Source of the DNA: Rhynchopus sp. YZ270_cl-10
Taxonomy: Eukaryota
DNA: 64,000 bases
Direction: 5' to 3'
Assembly (NCBI GenBank): GCA_964035575.1
Contig: OZ037833.1
Span: 124,001 to 188,000 of the forward strand
Made by a program: the position numbers and the translations under genes. Within the stretch, counting starts at the first letter, position 1. The number at the start of each line of letters is the position of its first letter. The notes under the pieces were generated by a model. The model was not told where the DNA came from. It saw nothing but the letters and a program-made list of their open reading frames with translations, and searched no databases. Shown here piece after piece: positions 29,722 through 41,810 of the stretch.

Positions 29722-30928
29722 TGGGTGTTCATGATAATTACCCCTAACATCTTTGAGAAACAATATCTCTCTCTCTGGGGGAAGCTTGGGAGGCGCTTGT
29801 TGAAAAAATAGGTAGAGGCTTTGCCAAAATATATATTTTTTTTGACACGATACAAAAAAAATTGCAAAGAAAACACATCTTTGGGACAGGAACACGCTGC
29901 AGAAGGAATTTTGTTGTTTTATTTTCTTTAACGTTGTTTTTTTGCGTTAGTTTTATTGTAGTAAGAAACATCAGAGGGGTAAAAAGAAAAAATGAAGCTA
30001 AACCAAACGCCCCCCGTTGACCGCAGGGATACGTACAGAATAAACCTTTCGTGGAAATTCCTCTGTGTTTCCATCAGTTTCCAAACGATATCAACGCAAA
30101 AAATAGAAGAAGAAAACAAATAAAAACTGCAAAATGCCATTGCGCCAGTGCTCACCGCATATATGGGGAACGGGAGGAAGACAAAAATTTTTGACAATAC
30201 AGAAAAAAAAGCTATTGTATCTACAAACGTAGCGCACATTCAATGAGGTCAACGCAAAAGAAGTTGAACATATGAAAAATGCCTTTTGTCCGCATGGATA
30301 CATATTTAACAAAGTCTTGGGGTCCATGGTGGTCATTCTCCATAGACTAACGTAGTCCCCTCAGGTGAAGCAACGGCCGACACTGCCGAGCGGTTGAGTC
30401 ACTTCTGGATCCCGAGGATTCACGTTGTCGGAAGAAGATACCTTTGCGATAGGTATAGCATGGAACCCGAAAAGATTGACACAAAAATAATAAAACCTAC
30501 ATCCTCGAAACTTTTCTACACAAATGATTTCATTGAACGCATCCCCACACACGAATTCATCCTTCGATTCCAAAAAGGTCCGATCCTTACAGTTTGTATT
30601 ATTTCCTAACAACCACTCCGTTACACTGCGTTACGCTGCGTTACACTGCGTTGTTGTCTGCAAAAAACAAAAACAAAAAATAGAAACGAAAGATGTGCAT
30701 CTCGTGTACATCTTTCAAAAGAACAGTTGGTAAGGAAGGAGGCTCTGCCTTCTAAGCCTTCGCATGAGTCCACGGTAAGGCACACCTGCGCTTGAACCCA
30801 AGAAGTGCGTATGTCAATGACGCCTGGTCAAAAACGGGCACAGGTCAGGCGCAGTTCGCTGCTGTGCTACTTCCTTGTATTTGAGTCGGAAAGTGGAGCA
30901 CAGCAGGGCACTGAGCTAAGGCTGTGTT

Positions 30929-32083
30929 TTACGCAGTCTCTGTTGAGGTGACCTGTGCATGCTTCATGTCGTGGTGGCGCTTCCAGTATTTGTAGCGCTG
31001 GAGTGCAGAGTGGTGCTTCTGCAGCCCCGTGAGGTCGTCCTGCGGGATCTCAAGCGACGTCATGATGGGCTCCTTCCGTCCCGTCTGCAGCGACATGCCC
31101 ATGCAGACAAAGCTCGCAGTGTGCGTCACTTGCCCACCTCCACCACCGATCTCGTCCTGCTCCTTCTCGCGTGTCACAGTCACCTCAACGTGGATCGTGT
31201 GCTTGCTCACAAACACCACCACAGCCTCGAGAGAGACCCAGTCACGCACACTCAAAGGCTCTTTGAAGGAAACACGGTTCATCGAGATCGTGACAATGTC
31301 TCTGTGGCCGGCAAAGTTCATCGCACAGTACATTGCGCCCGACTCCATCCACTCCAGCAGGTCGCCGCCGAACACAGAGGAGTTGAGGTTGAGCGAACGT
31401 GGCAGGAACATGCGGCGCAGTGTGATGTGTGTGTCCTTCAAAGCGAGCGTCGCACGTTCTGGACTTTGATCGGGCTTCACAAGCAGGTGGCGCCCCGACT
31501 CGTCCAGGTCCGTGATGGCAGCTGCATTCTGTGCCCACTGCTGCACAACCTTGCGTCTTGCAAGTGCCCTGTCCCGCATACCCGTCCACAGTTGTGTCAA
31601 ACGCTCGTCTGTCGGGTGCTCGTAAATGATCTGAGGCACACCCACCACCTTCTTCAGTGTGTTCTTGTCGATGACAACCATCGCAAAGGTAGCGTTCTGG
31701 ATCGGCTGCCACTCCCGCGATCGCAGCGACCTCCGGAAGCACGACACGTTGACAGTGATGCTGCTCTTCCCTGCAAGCACCGGCGTCGACTCCACCTTGA
31801 CCAGGTCACCATGGATGGCAGGGGCCAAGAAGTTGCAGTCGTCCACACCCACTGTCGAGTACGCTGCGTTGAGGGGCACGACCATTTGGTTCGCAAGACG
31901 GTGTGCACCACGCACTGCACACATATCCATAAGCCCAAGCATGGCACCTGCAGACATGCGTGAACCCTGCAAAGAGTACTCGCCAACTACATCGAGCGAC
32001 ACTTCGGTGGAGGGGTGTGCAGGAGGGAAGGTGACAGTACTGCTGGAGCAGAGCCGCTTCGCAATGTTGGTGGCAGCACGCAT
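30929..32083 (-). CDS. Double-hotdog acyl-CoA thioesterase, paralog 1, probable mitochondrial presequence
   Basis: Two hotdog repeats: (AGAMLGLMD..A..TVGVDDCNFLAPAIHGDLV..GKSSITVNV) and (P..LN....FGGDLLEWME..VTISMNRVSFKEP). N-terminus MRAATNIAKRLCSS from the first ATG at 32083. Confidence 0.9.
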   Translation of the reverse strand: MRAATNIAKRLCSSSTVTFPPAHPSTEVSLDVVGEYSLQGSRMSAGAMLGLMDMCAVRGAHRLANQMVVPLNAAYSTVGVDDCNFLAPAIHGDLVKVESTPVLAGKSSITVNVSCFRRSLRSREWQPIQNATFAMVVIDKNTLKKVVGVPQIIYEHPTDERLTQLWTGMRDRALARRKVVQQWAQNAAAITDLDESGRHLLVKPDQSPERATLALKDTHITLRRMFLPRSLNLNSSVFGGDLLEWMESGAMYCAMNFAGHRDIVTISMNRVSFKEPLSVRDWVSLEAVVVFVSKHTIHVEVTVTREKEQDEIGGGGGQVTHTASFVCMGMSLQTGRKEPIMTSLEIPQDDLTGLQKHHSALQRYKYWKRHHDMKHAQVTSTETA

Positions 32084-33600
32084 CTTGGTGTACAGCAAAA
32101 CGATATTAACAAACTGTGGCGGTATTTGTGTAGGGCAATGGGGAATAATAATACGTGTATACAGGGAAGGATGCCTCTGATGACTAGAGGGGTTAGAGAA
32201 ATGGATACAAACACATCCACAGCACCCTCTATAGGATGCCCAGACATCCTGACAGCAAACCCACTGGCCAGAGAATACTAGGCAGCTGCGTCAGGTGAAA
32301 GACCCTGTGACATGTCTGATATTGTGCACCGAGAACTGGAGCAAATGTTGATTGTCAGAACATCCCCGCCTGCGAGCGCAGTACAAAAACAACAGACCAC
32401 AGGATTAAAAGAAAACGGATACGTGCACGGGGTGCAGCGGTTGCTGGGGGCCTACGAGAGCACGGCGAGAGGGGGGTGGTTGAGCTATGGGATCGTCCAC
32501 ACCTCCGCATCGGCTAAATGCAGGGTGGGAGACGCCTTGGAAGACACAACGTGCATCGCCATCTCCTTACGACAGCAGCGTGGGTGGTAGTTAGGGGGTG
32601 GGTGTGCCACCATGAAGGCGAATAAGCTGATCTAATGATCTAATAAACAGTGAAAAAAGTGCTGAAAAGGAATCAGAAAAAGGAATCGAACAAAGTGGGT
32701 GGTATGATGGCTCGCAGTTTTCGAGCTGGACAAAAGGCAAAACAAAGTGAAGTTGATAGGAGGAAACAAATGAATTTATTATTTCTGCGTATTTTTTTTG
32801 TATCGTTGTTTTATTTATGTAATTACCGACCGCGTACACAAAACCTACGTCGGTACTGCAAAAAAAGCTAGGCAAAAAAGAGTATTCTTCTTTGAGAAAC
32901 ATGCAACGTGCCAACGTCACAAAAAATACTACCCCATATTTTTCGCGTATCCCTTCCCTTCTGGAACACACTGGTTGAAACCTGTTTTTGTCTTGCTCCG
33001 GATGAAGATCGCCCCATTTGTTAGGTGATATACAGGAGGTACGGAGACAGCCCCCTACTCTCAGAGCAGCGATCACGGTGCTAGAGAGACCACGCATATG
33101 TGGAAGGCAACTGCACAGCACTGTATCACGATTTTAGTTTCGTTCAAAAATAAAAAATAAAAGACGTTGTCGGAGAGAGATGACACGCCACCCCCATTTT
33201 TTGCGCCGTCATTCTGTGTAGTTAGCGAGCGAGTTAGTGTGCACAAAAAAAAAAGAAAATAAACAAACGAAAAGGTTTTGTGAAATGAAGGTAAGGTTGT
33301 TTGGTCATCAAAAAACAAAGCTCAAAAAGCCGAAGCTCTCGTGCTAGTCACCTTGAAAGTGAAAAATGTATAAAATAGAAACGAATGGTTATTGATGCTG
33401 GCAGCCTCTGACTCACTGTATGATGCCAGCCCCGGATCAAAGCATAAAAGAAATATCACACGCTTATCTTGTGTAGAGCCTGGAACTAGAGAAGCTGCAA
33501 TGAGGACGTTGTACTCTGTATGTATCTACGTGCAGCTATAAGTACTACATTTGACAGCTGCGTCTGTCGGTTTCATCTGAAGCAAGAGAGACGAAGAGGT

Positions 33601-34749
33601 TCAGAGCCGAGTGGTGACCTGCTCGTGCTTGACATGTTGGTGGCGCTTCCAGTATTTGTAGCGCTGGAGTGCAGAGTGGTGCTTCTGCAGCCCCGTGAGG
33701 TCGTCCTGCGGGATCTCAAGCGACGTCATGATGGGCTCCTTCCGTCCCGTCTGCAGCGACATGCCCATGCAGACAAAGCTCGCAGTGTGCGTCACTTGCT
33801 CACCTCCACCACCGATCTCGTCCTGCTCCTTCTCGCGTGTCACAGTCACCTCAACGTGGATCGTGTGCTTGCTCACGAACACCACCACAGCCTCGAGAGA
33901 GACCCAGTCCTTGACGGTCAGAGGCTCCCCAAAGGAAACACGGTTCATCGAGATCGTGACAATGTCTCTGTGGCCGGCAAAGTTCATCGCACAGTACATT
34001 GCGCCCGACTCCATCCATTCCAGCAGGTCGCCGCCGAAGATTGTGTTATTATAGTTCTGCGAACGTGGCAGGAACATGCGGCGCAGTGTGATGCGTGTGT
34101 CTTCTGGCGACAGTGCTGCTGTCTGCCCCCTCTGAGGCGGCTTCACGAGCAGGTGGCGCCCCGACTCGTCCAGGTCCGTGATGGCAGCTGCATTCTGTGC
34201 CCACTGCTGCACAACCTTGCGTCGCAGCAGAGCCTGATCCCGCATACCCGTCCACAGTTGTGTCAAACGCTCGTCTGTCGGGTGCTCGTAAAGGATCTGA
34301 GGCACACCTGCCACCTTCTTCAGTGTGTTCTTGTCGATGACAACAATCGCAAACGTCGCATGCTGGATCGGCTGCCACTCCCGTGATCGCAGCGACCTCC
34401 GGAAGCACGACACGTTGACAGTGATGCTGCTCTTCCCTGCAAGCACCGGCGTCGACTCCACCTTGACCAGGTCACCATGGATGGCAGGGGCCAAGAAGTT
34501 GCAGTCGTCCACACCCACTGTCGAGTACGTTGCGTCAAGGGGCACAACCATCTTACGTGCCAGGCGGTGTGCACCACGCACTGCACAGATGTCCATGAGT
34601 CCAAGCATGGCACCTGCAGACATGCGTGAACCCTGCAAAGAGTACTCGCCAACCACATCGAGCGACACTTCGGTGGAGGGGTTTGCGGGAGGGAAGGTGG
34701 GAGTGCTGCTGGAGCAGAGCCGCTTCGCAACGTTGGTGGCAGCACGCAT
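33601..34749 (-). CDS. Double-hotdog acyl-CoA thioesterase, paralog 2
   Basis: Near-identical to 30929-32083. ATG at 34749 (MRAATNVAKRLCSS). Confidence 0.9.
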   Translation of the reverse strand: MRAATNVAKRLCSSSTPTFPPANPSTEVSLDVVGEYSLQGSRMSAGAMLGLMDICAVRGAHRLARKMVVPLDATYSTVGVDDCNFLAPAIHGDLVKVESTPVLAGKSSITVNVSCFRRSLRSREWQPIQHATFAIVVIDKNTLKKVAGVPQILYEHPTDERLTQLWTGMRDQALLRRKVVQQWAQNAAAITDLDESGRHLLVKPPQRGQTAALSPEDTRITLRRMFLPRSQNYNNTIFGGDLLEWMESGAMYCAMNFAGHRDIVTISMNRVSFGEPLTVKDWVSLEAVVVFVSKHTIHVEVTVTREKEQDEIGGGGEQVTHTASFVCMGMSLQTGRKEPIMTSLEIPQDDLTGLQKHHSALQRYKYWKRHQHVKHEQVTTRL

Positions 34750-35920
34750 CTTGTTGAGTTCCTGGAATGAGTGGGCTGAGGGGGAAGGGGAAGGGTGTGG
34801 ACGACCCCATGGCTGCACCTACATATCCTTTGTGGTGTCATTTCACATAGGAACCAAGGGCACCGGAGTGGCCAAGCTGGCAGATCGGGGGTGAGTCCAT
34901 CGAACGTCCGGGTCTGTCACTGCAGACTCACACCAGCAGGAAGAGCTGACGTCCTTCTGCCCTTCACAGCAGACCTGCACTGCGCACACAGTACTGGAGG
35001 CATCTTCTCGCTTCAGAGCACTCAGGAGAGGGGAAAAGGAGGGGGTTGTTCCTTTTTTCTTCTTCTTCCCACAGAGCTGATTTGACCAGCCCCCCCGACC
35101 GTAGCCGTTTATTTATCCATTTTGAACTATTTCTCTTTTTTGATAAAATTGTTGTGTAGTTTTGCCTCGGTTGTTGTGTCTCCACAGTTGTGCAAAATCT
35201 TCCACTTTATTTTTTTTTTTTTTGATTTTCCCTCAGTTCTCACTGAAGCCATTCTTATCCTTAGTTTCAACTGAACAGATGATTTAAAAAATGATAAAAG
35301 GATGTGAGGATGGGGTCGAGGGGGTTGTTCCAACAAGCACATTACGTAACGGTCAACATGCTGTTGTGGTAAAACATTCTAAGGCAGTTTTCCCTCTTCG
35401 TCTTGGCATTAACTGCACCTTATTTTTTTCACTGTGGGAACAAAGGTACCTTAAGGTGAAAGAAAAAGACAAAAATGTTTTGCAACAAACCATTTTTTCA
35501 AATAACAAAAAGCAGACCCTTCTAAACATTTTTGCGGGATCACAATCAAGGGGAGGGGGGACGCCACTAATAACAAAACAAGATGTAAAATAAAATAAAA
35601 TCAATCATTTGAAAAAGATGAACCTAAGCCGTGTTGTTCCTTTGAGCAAACCTACAAAATGAAGTAAGTGCAGACCCCCGCTTGGTTTGAACACACTTTT
35701 TTAAAAATATACTTGATGAATTGAGTCCAATTGAGCAAAATTTTTTTTTTTGAAAAAAATGACAGTAACGGGCGCCTACACAAGACGTACACATTTTGAT
35801 AGGCAATGCTCCGCTCTCAGGAACCACTATACTCACACCTGCTTTTTTTTTCAAACGCCAAAAAAAAATAATATGAAAACAAGGATGCACTCCCCCCCAT
35901 GGATGGAGAGCACAATAGAA

Positions 35921-36005
35921 TTTTTTGTCGACAATCACCTAAGGACCCGCTTGGGGAACCTAGGGTCTGTGCTCAATGGCCGAAGCCTTTGTAACGGAAG
36001 GTACT
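35921..36005 (-). repeat. Structured, A-tailed dispersed repeat with GGC-UUCG-GCC loop, copy 1 (copy 2 at 38733-38822)
   Basis: Both copies share tcgacaatcac, tctg..ctcaat, ggccgaagcct and gaaggt on +, and both are preceded by a T-run. Confidence 0.6.
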
Positions 36006-37089
36006 AACGCTTTGTTTTTATTTGAAATACGTACCTTGGTGCATCTGGGGGGGAAAAAGGGGGGGTTGTTGTGTTTCTTCTTGAGACACCTAAAAATGGC
36101 GTTGATTCGATGGGGTGAAAAAACGGACACAAAAGTTTTTTGATGAAGCATCAGTAGGGTTTAGACACCTTTTAAGAGAAGTATTTCAATATATGCGTTA
36201 AGAGCATAGGGTCTAGGGGGATCAATGAAAAATGTTCCAAAAAAAAAAAAAAAGAAGAACGTTGATTCTTGAAAGATGTATAATATGGCATCCCTGATCC
36301 ATATTATGTCCACTGTGCTGCTCATCTAAAAATGCTGAAAGACGTGTCCTATATTTAAAAAAATGGGTTGTTTGGGTGTTTTGAAAAAAAATACCTCAAA
36401 AGGATGAATCTTACCAGGGGTTTCCGGACGGACCCATATGTAAACAAGCACAAATATCGAAAGAGTCGCATCTTTGTTATTCAAAAAACAAACGAAATGG
36501 GCCACTTGGGCTCCATTTTTTTTCCCACTTAAAATAAAGTGAAAGTGTGAACGTCTCGACGCCTCGTGGAACGCAGATACGTGAAAAAAAAAAAGAAAGA
36601 GAGAAAAAAAATTGAAAGATGTGGATGAGCCTCACAGTTCACACAATCTTTCACTAGTTTTCATCTCTTTGAAAAAATAGAAAATTTTTGACAAAAGAAA
36701 AATCCTTACAGTTTCTGACTTTCACAAGGATGAGGGAGGTGCATTTAAAAGAAAGGTTTATTAAGCCTCTCTGTGCTTAGTCACCTTGACTGTTGTGTTC
36801 CTGAACGAGTTTTTCTTTAGTTTTCGAAAAGCACAACCCGACTTGGCACCCTCCCCCCCAGAGAGAAAGAAAAAGAGACTCGGGGGAAAAAAACGAAAAC
36901 CAAACAAGAACCTAAGCCCCACAGGGCTTGGCCACCGTCACAAAAAAAAAAAGCATGTATTCTCATAGACGTGAGATATCTGGACACAGGGGAAAGTGTT
37001 TGTCGTGGGTGGTGGGTGGGGTCGACTGTCTTCCGTTGTTCGCTTCAGCGGAGGTCGACCCAAAAACAAAACAAAAAAAAAACGTACAA

Positions 37090-37126
37090 TAAGATGACCC
37101 TAAGCCTCTCGTGCTCAGTCACCTTA
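37090..37126 (-). promoter_or_regulatory. Best copy of a dispersed same-orientation hairpin motif (candidate 3'-UTR/intergenic RNA element)
   Basis: Minus strand AAGGUGAC-UGAGC-acgagag-GCUUA-GG-GUCAUCUU. Related copies near 20190, 20336, 24325, 33331, 35615, 36762, 36906, 38335, 42638, 47696 and 49653. Confidence 0.55.
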
Positions 37127-37964
37127 AATAAAAAGTTGGTAAGAGGGGGGTCTAAGTCATGTAAAATAAGAAACTTCCTAAGATATGGTCAGAAAAAAAG
37201 GAAAAATAAAAGGGGGTTTTTTTTACCTTCTCGTTTGCCCGCAAGGGGGTGTTGTGTAGTGTTTTTACGCACTACTTTGTGTACGGTGATACGTCGCTCA
37301 CTAACCGTGAGTCCAAAAGTCAGTGAGGGAGCCACCACAAGAAGTTCCTCTTACTCTATTGCCACATGGTCATGGTGGAGATGTGTGCTGTTGGATGAAA
37401 ATGTTCATTTTCTGCAATACATTTATTTGTCCTTCCAGAATATACAACAAAACAGGCACAATAAAGACATCAACCTGTCGTGTTTGATTGATGGCCCAAA
37501 AAAAAACAAGGAAAATGTGGCCAGTGCGAAACTCTTTTGTGGAAACCCAAAGTACAAATAAAAGCAGTTTTTTTTTTACTATTGGGTGAACGAAAGGCAT
37601 GTAGCCACGGGGTTCACCAAAAAAAAAAAAAAATGTCGGTTGCTTTTTCTTGTAGAGACCTAAGGTGCTACAAATACATTTTGTTGTGTTTGTTTTTTTG
37701 ATAATTTTTTTGAAGCACGTAGGCTATGAAGATTGTGAACGTTTTGGTGGGAGAACAAAAAAAGAGAGAATTTCCGTAACCAACGAAGACACGTAGCTAC
37801 TGGCTTTTAGAAACAGAGGGTAGGGGGGGTTTTTTTTTGTTTTGAAAATAAAGTAGATATTTAAAACTGTTATCAATCAGGCACTATGTCACCAAAAAAC
37901 GCTGGAAAAAAAAGAAAGGCAAAAGAGAAAAGTAGTCTCGCCTGAAGGGGGGGTTTTTGTTTTG

Positions 37965-38020
37965 TTTTTTGAAAACTTGGTTGTATTAGTGTAGACACCC
38001 GAGGATGAACTCCACTATAC
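37965..38020 (-). mobile_element. ~50-bp A-tailed dispersed element, copy 2
   Basis: gaaaacttggttgtattagtgtagacacccgaggatgaactccactatac preceded by a T-rich run. A degenerate partial copy follows near 38045-38100. Confidence 0.7.
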
Positions 38021-39371
38021 AAAACTTTTGTGTTTTGTTTTTTTTTGAAAATTTGATGACGTGTAGACACCTCGCTTTTTTCTCGTGTGAACTCCACACA
38101 TTTTTTTTTTTGAAAAGGAAAAGGCTTGCATTTTTTTAAAAGCCCATCCTTTTCCTGTTATATTTAGTGTTGCTGAAAGCGGAACAGTTTGTTGGTTTAT
38201 ACAACAAGACCCTTTTTTTTTTTTTGAACGGGGAGAGTTGATAATGAGGGAAAATGGGCTTTTTATGGCTCAGAGGGAGGACAAAAAAAAACTTGAATTT
38301 TTTTTGTGTGAAAAAAGCCCCTTTTTTTTTTGAATAAGATGAACCTAAGCTTCTCCTGATTCACCCACCTTTTTTTAGACATTATTTCCAAAAAGAGAGA
38401 GATGATGAACTGACGAGAGTGCAAAACGCCTCACCTTTCCATAAGCGGACGCACTGACTCAAAAAAAAAAAAAATACATTTGCTGACCCCCCGAGATAAA
38501 TAAAAAGAGCGTACTATGTCGGGTCACAAAAAATCGAGCAAATTTTCTGAAAAGCGGTGCGTTTGGAAGAGAGACCCCTCACGTATATTTCCTCCTATCT
38601 GGAGGAATTACTTCACTGTAGAGCTAAAAGGAACGCTGCTTTTTTTCAATTTGCCGTCTAAATAATATAAAAAATGACATAATGTCATTACTTCAAAAAT
38701 CCTCAAAATCCAAACCTATTCGGATATCAGGGTTTTTTGTTGTATCGACAATCACGTTATACCTACTGGTAGAACGATCTGCACTCAATGTCGGCCGAAG
38801 CCTATGTACTACAGAAGGTGCCTTTTAAAACTGTATCCCTTAGAAACGCTGCTTTATAAAGTTCGGGTTGGATCGCTCATCACAAAAAAAACAACAAAAA
38901 TGTGTACTTACACCCTCTGAATACGTAGGGACCGTGAACCCATTTTGCGTTCAAGTGGTATGATCGTATCATAGAGGGTAGAAAAGAAAGATAAGTTGAA
39001 AGCGCCTTACCGGAACACCTGTAATGGCGGACGCAGACACTGAAACGAGATAAAGATTTTGGTTAGATGAATCTAAAAAAACAAAAATGCTTATTTTAAG
39101 GGACAGAACAACTTTTAACAAAAAAACGAAGAGAAAAAAAATGAGCCTCAAGTCGAGGCATTTCAAAAAAGAACAAATATAAAAAAAATAAGAAAAAACG
39201 CGTTCCTCTCGTACCTATTGTAGTGTAGAAAACGGCCTCAGAACGAGAAAACCCTGCTCCGTTTCCCTTTCCCCCCTTTCCTGCTAAAGTGAATGTGCCC
39301 CAGGGGGGGGAACAAAACTTCTCTTTTTTTCTTCTATGTTCTTTCAAAAAAAAAAAGTGGAACCATTTTTT

Positions 39372-40458
39372 CTACTCCATCTTCTTCGCACCCTCGACGG
39401 ACCTGTACAGGAAACGTTTAGAAATTCATTTTTTTTTGTACCGACGTTTTAAGAATATATTTCATTTGAAAAATTTTTATGGCATACCTTCTGTTCCTCT
39501 TGACACGCGAGAAGGCGGTCATATTCGGGTCTGTGATGAAGCGGAAGATGGTCATGACCCAGGAGTCAGTTTGCGGGATTGTCTCATAGAACTCAGGTGC
39601 AATGGCACGCACCTGCGGCAGACGCGACCAGGGGATGTTCGGGAAGTCGTGGTGCTCGTTGTGGTACCCTACGTTGAAGGTGAGCGCGTTCATCCACCCG
39701 TAGTAGGAGTACGTCTCCCAGCCATCCACAAATTCGTAGTGCTCTGAAAGGAAGTGGCCAGAGAAGGGGTGCAACATGCCTGCGAAGAGCATGCTCAGCA
39801 GCATGTACAGAATCGGAAGGAGCGACCCTGCGTACTCACAGAGCGCAATGAGAAGCGGGATCTGGATGGCCCAGTTGACAAGAGTCCACATCGAGACTGG
39901 TGTGGCGCGAAGGAAGATTGGGCGGCACGCATACGCAAGAATCTGGAACATGCAGAAGAGGAACTTCATCGGCGCTGACTGAATCCAACGGCCCTCAAAG
40001 TCGGTCGGAACATCGACGTCGACTCCGTCCCAACCCTGGTACCTGTGGTGCTCAATATGGTAGACGTGGAAGGTGGAGGCGTAAGGGATGGCAATAGGCA
40101 TGTTCGCAATGCAGGCAAGAATCTTGTTGCCCCAGATGCTTTTGACAGCAAGCATGTGGACAATCTCGTGGATCGCAAGGAACAGCATGTGGTTCACGGT
40201 ACCTCCAATGACGTACGCAGTCAGGAGGTATGCTGGCCAGCCCCACTCCACAGTCGCAACGCTCAAGGAGAGCTGGATGCTGACGAGGGCGAGAACAATG
40301 GGGATTGTGAGGGGCTCGGGGCGCATCAGGGGACGGATCTGGTCGCCGTACTTCGCAAGGATCTGACGCTTGCGCTCCTCATGAGGCTCGGGGGCGGTGG
40401 ACCACGTGAAGTCCGTCAGGTTCGCACGCTTGCTCACAACCACCTCCTTGACGGCCAT
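39372..40458 (-). CDS. DEGS1: Sphingolipid delta(4)-desaturase / C4-hydroxylase (DES/DEGS family), 2 exons
   Basis: N-terminal EPHEERKRQILAKY motif, His boxes HEIVH, HIEHH and HNEHH, plus HPFSGHFLSEH and ETYSYYG. ATG 40458. A GTATG..CAG intron at 39487-39403 gives the C-terminus KRNRRSVEGAKKME*. Confidence 0.95.
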
Positions 40459-41172
40459 GGTCGAAAAAAAAGGGGAAAAGGGTGTTGTGTGATGTCTACG
40501 GGGAAAAGTGTGCAATGTGTTTGAAAAGTAGGCAATTCTTGGAAAAGTTGGTGGCATTATTTCATTAAATACAATCATTTGAGAGGATAGAAGAAATGCG
40601 TGGTGTGTTCTGTACGTACACAAACTTTAAAATTAGATGCGTCATAACTTGAACACTGACGACGGAGGTACCAATATAACAACAGTACGTTGCCAAGTGA
40701 TGCGTCGCGCAGTTATCACTGAATGCAACATTGTGGAAGTGAATTGATGAAAATAAAAAGAGAACTTAAAAGTGCAAAACGCCCGTTCATCGAAAAAATA
40801 AAATAAAATAAAACCTGAATGTGTCACGGGTTTGTTTCATATTCTTTCAAATCAAGACGGAGAAGAAGCCACATCCCAGCATTTTTATACCCTGCAAGGA
40901 TTTAACTTGCATTTAGTAGGGGCAGGGATGTTTAGCACCCTGAGGACAAAAAGAAAGACAAAGGCTATGCACCAGTAGTACAGAAGAGGCGGGTTGCTGG
41001 AAAACAAGACCCTGAAGGCACACAGACCCGCATACCCCTCCTCGCCTCCTGAATAGTAATCTCTCAGGTAGGAGACATCGGTTCGAGCGACACCTTCACA
41101 GAGCTTCAGGTTGCAAAGACAAATAAAAGACAAAATTCGTAAGATAACCATATTGATCTAAGTATCTCATGA

Positions 41173-41810
41173 TCAGCCACGTAAGCAGTTTTCTGTGCGG
41201 GGGCGGACAGTGGCACCACAACGGCAGAAGAGGAGGCAGTTCACGATACCAAGCCCAGCCGCAACAAAGATGAACGGAATCCCGTAGTTCAGGGAGCACT
41301 CAGAGAGGGAGTGGTCGTTGTCACTCGAATGGAGCAGCGAGTCGTCGTTGATGAGGTTCTTGTGCACTGCACCCAGCAGGATCGAGCCGCAGATCACCGC
41401 AAACAACGCTCCAAACAGGTGGATGAAGCCAGCAAACCTCCCCACAGACTGCGGCACGATGCCCACAAACTGTGCAACGTGCACACACGACGCAGCGAAG
41501 AACGTGATTGCAGACAGAATGGCAAACGCCTGTGCTGCCCTAAAGTGCGTGCTCAGTTGCTCAAGGTCCGTTGTCTTGATTTCCTGTGACGACTTACGAC
41601 GCCCAGGAAACAACAACGATTGCTTACCTCTGAACAGCCCTGTCGATGCGGCAGGAGAAGCTCAGACACCACAGTCCCCTTGACAATGGGATGGTTAAGG
41701 GACACAGAGCAAGCCTTCGTCACACTATTATCCGTCGCAGCAGTTGCAATGATGAAGGATATCGCAATGGTGCTGCACACCAGCATCACGACGCGTGGGG
41801 CGACAGACAT
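41173..41810 (-). pseudogene. Amastin-like copy 1, frameshifted
   Basis: Reads GAG CTT CTC CTG CCG CA TCG ACA where paralogs read GAG CTT CCC ATG CCG TCG ACA, an extra 2 nt near 41648 that splits the ORF. It could be a consensus error. Confidence 0.75.

Noticed and set aside
30620..30653. (GTTACACTGC)x3 and the 20-bp direct repeat near 24099-24142
   Set aside because: Short local tandem duplications with no further support for function.
29164..30733. ORFs in the AT-rich stretch as a possible decayed transposase
   Set aside because: No recognisable motif in the frames I read, and stops are frequent.
32160..33121. Moderately GC-rich segment between the thioesterase genes
   Set aside because: No convincing ORF or homology visible. 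Left unannotated.
35100..39350. Many Phe/Lys-rich short ORFs in intergenic DNA
   Set aside because: Products of poly(A)/poly(T) tracts with non-ATG starts and low complexity.
39418..39487. ORF-track C-terminus YAIKIFQMKYILKTSVQKKMNF and N-terminal extension of the desaturase
   Set aside because: Intron read-through and non-ATG upstream extension. The spliced model 40458-39488 + 39402-39372 fits better.
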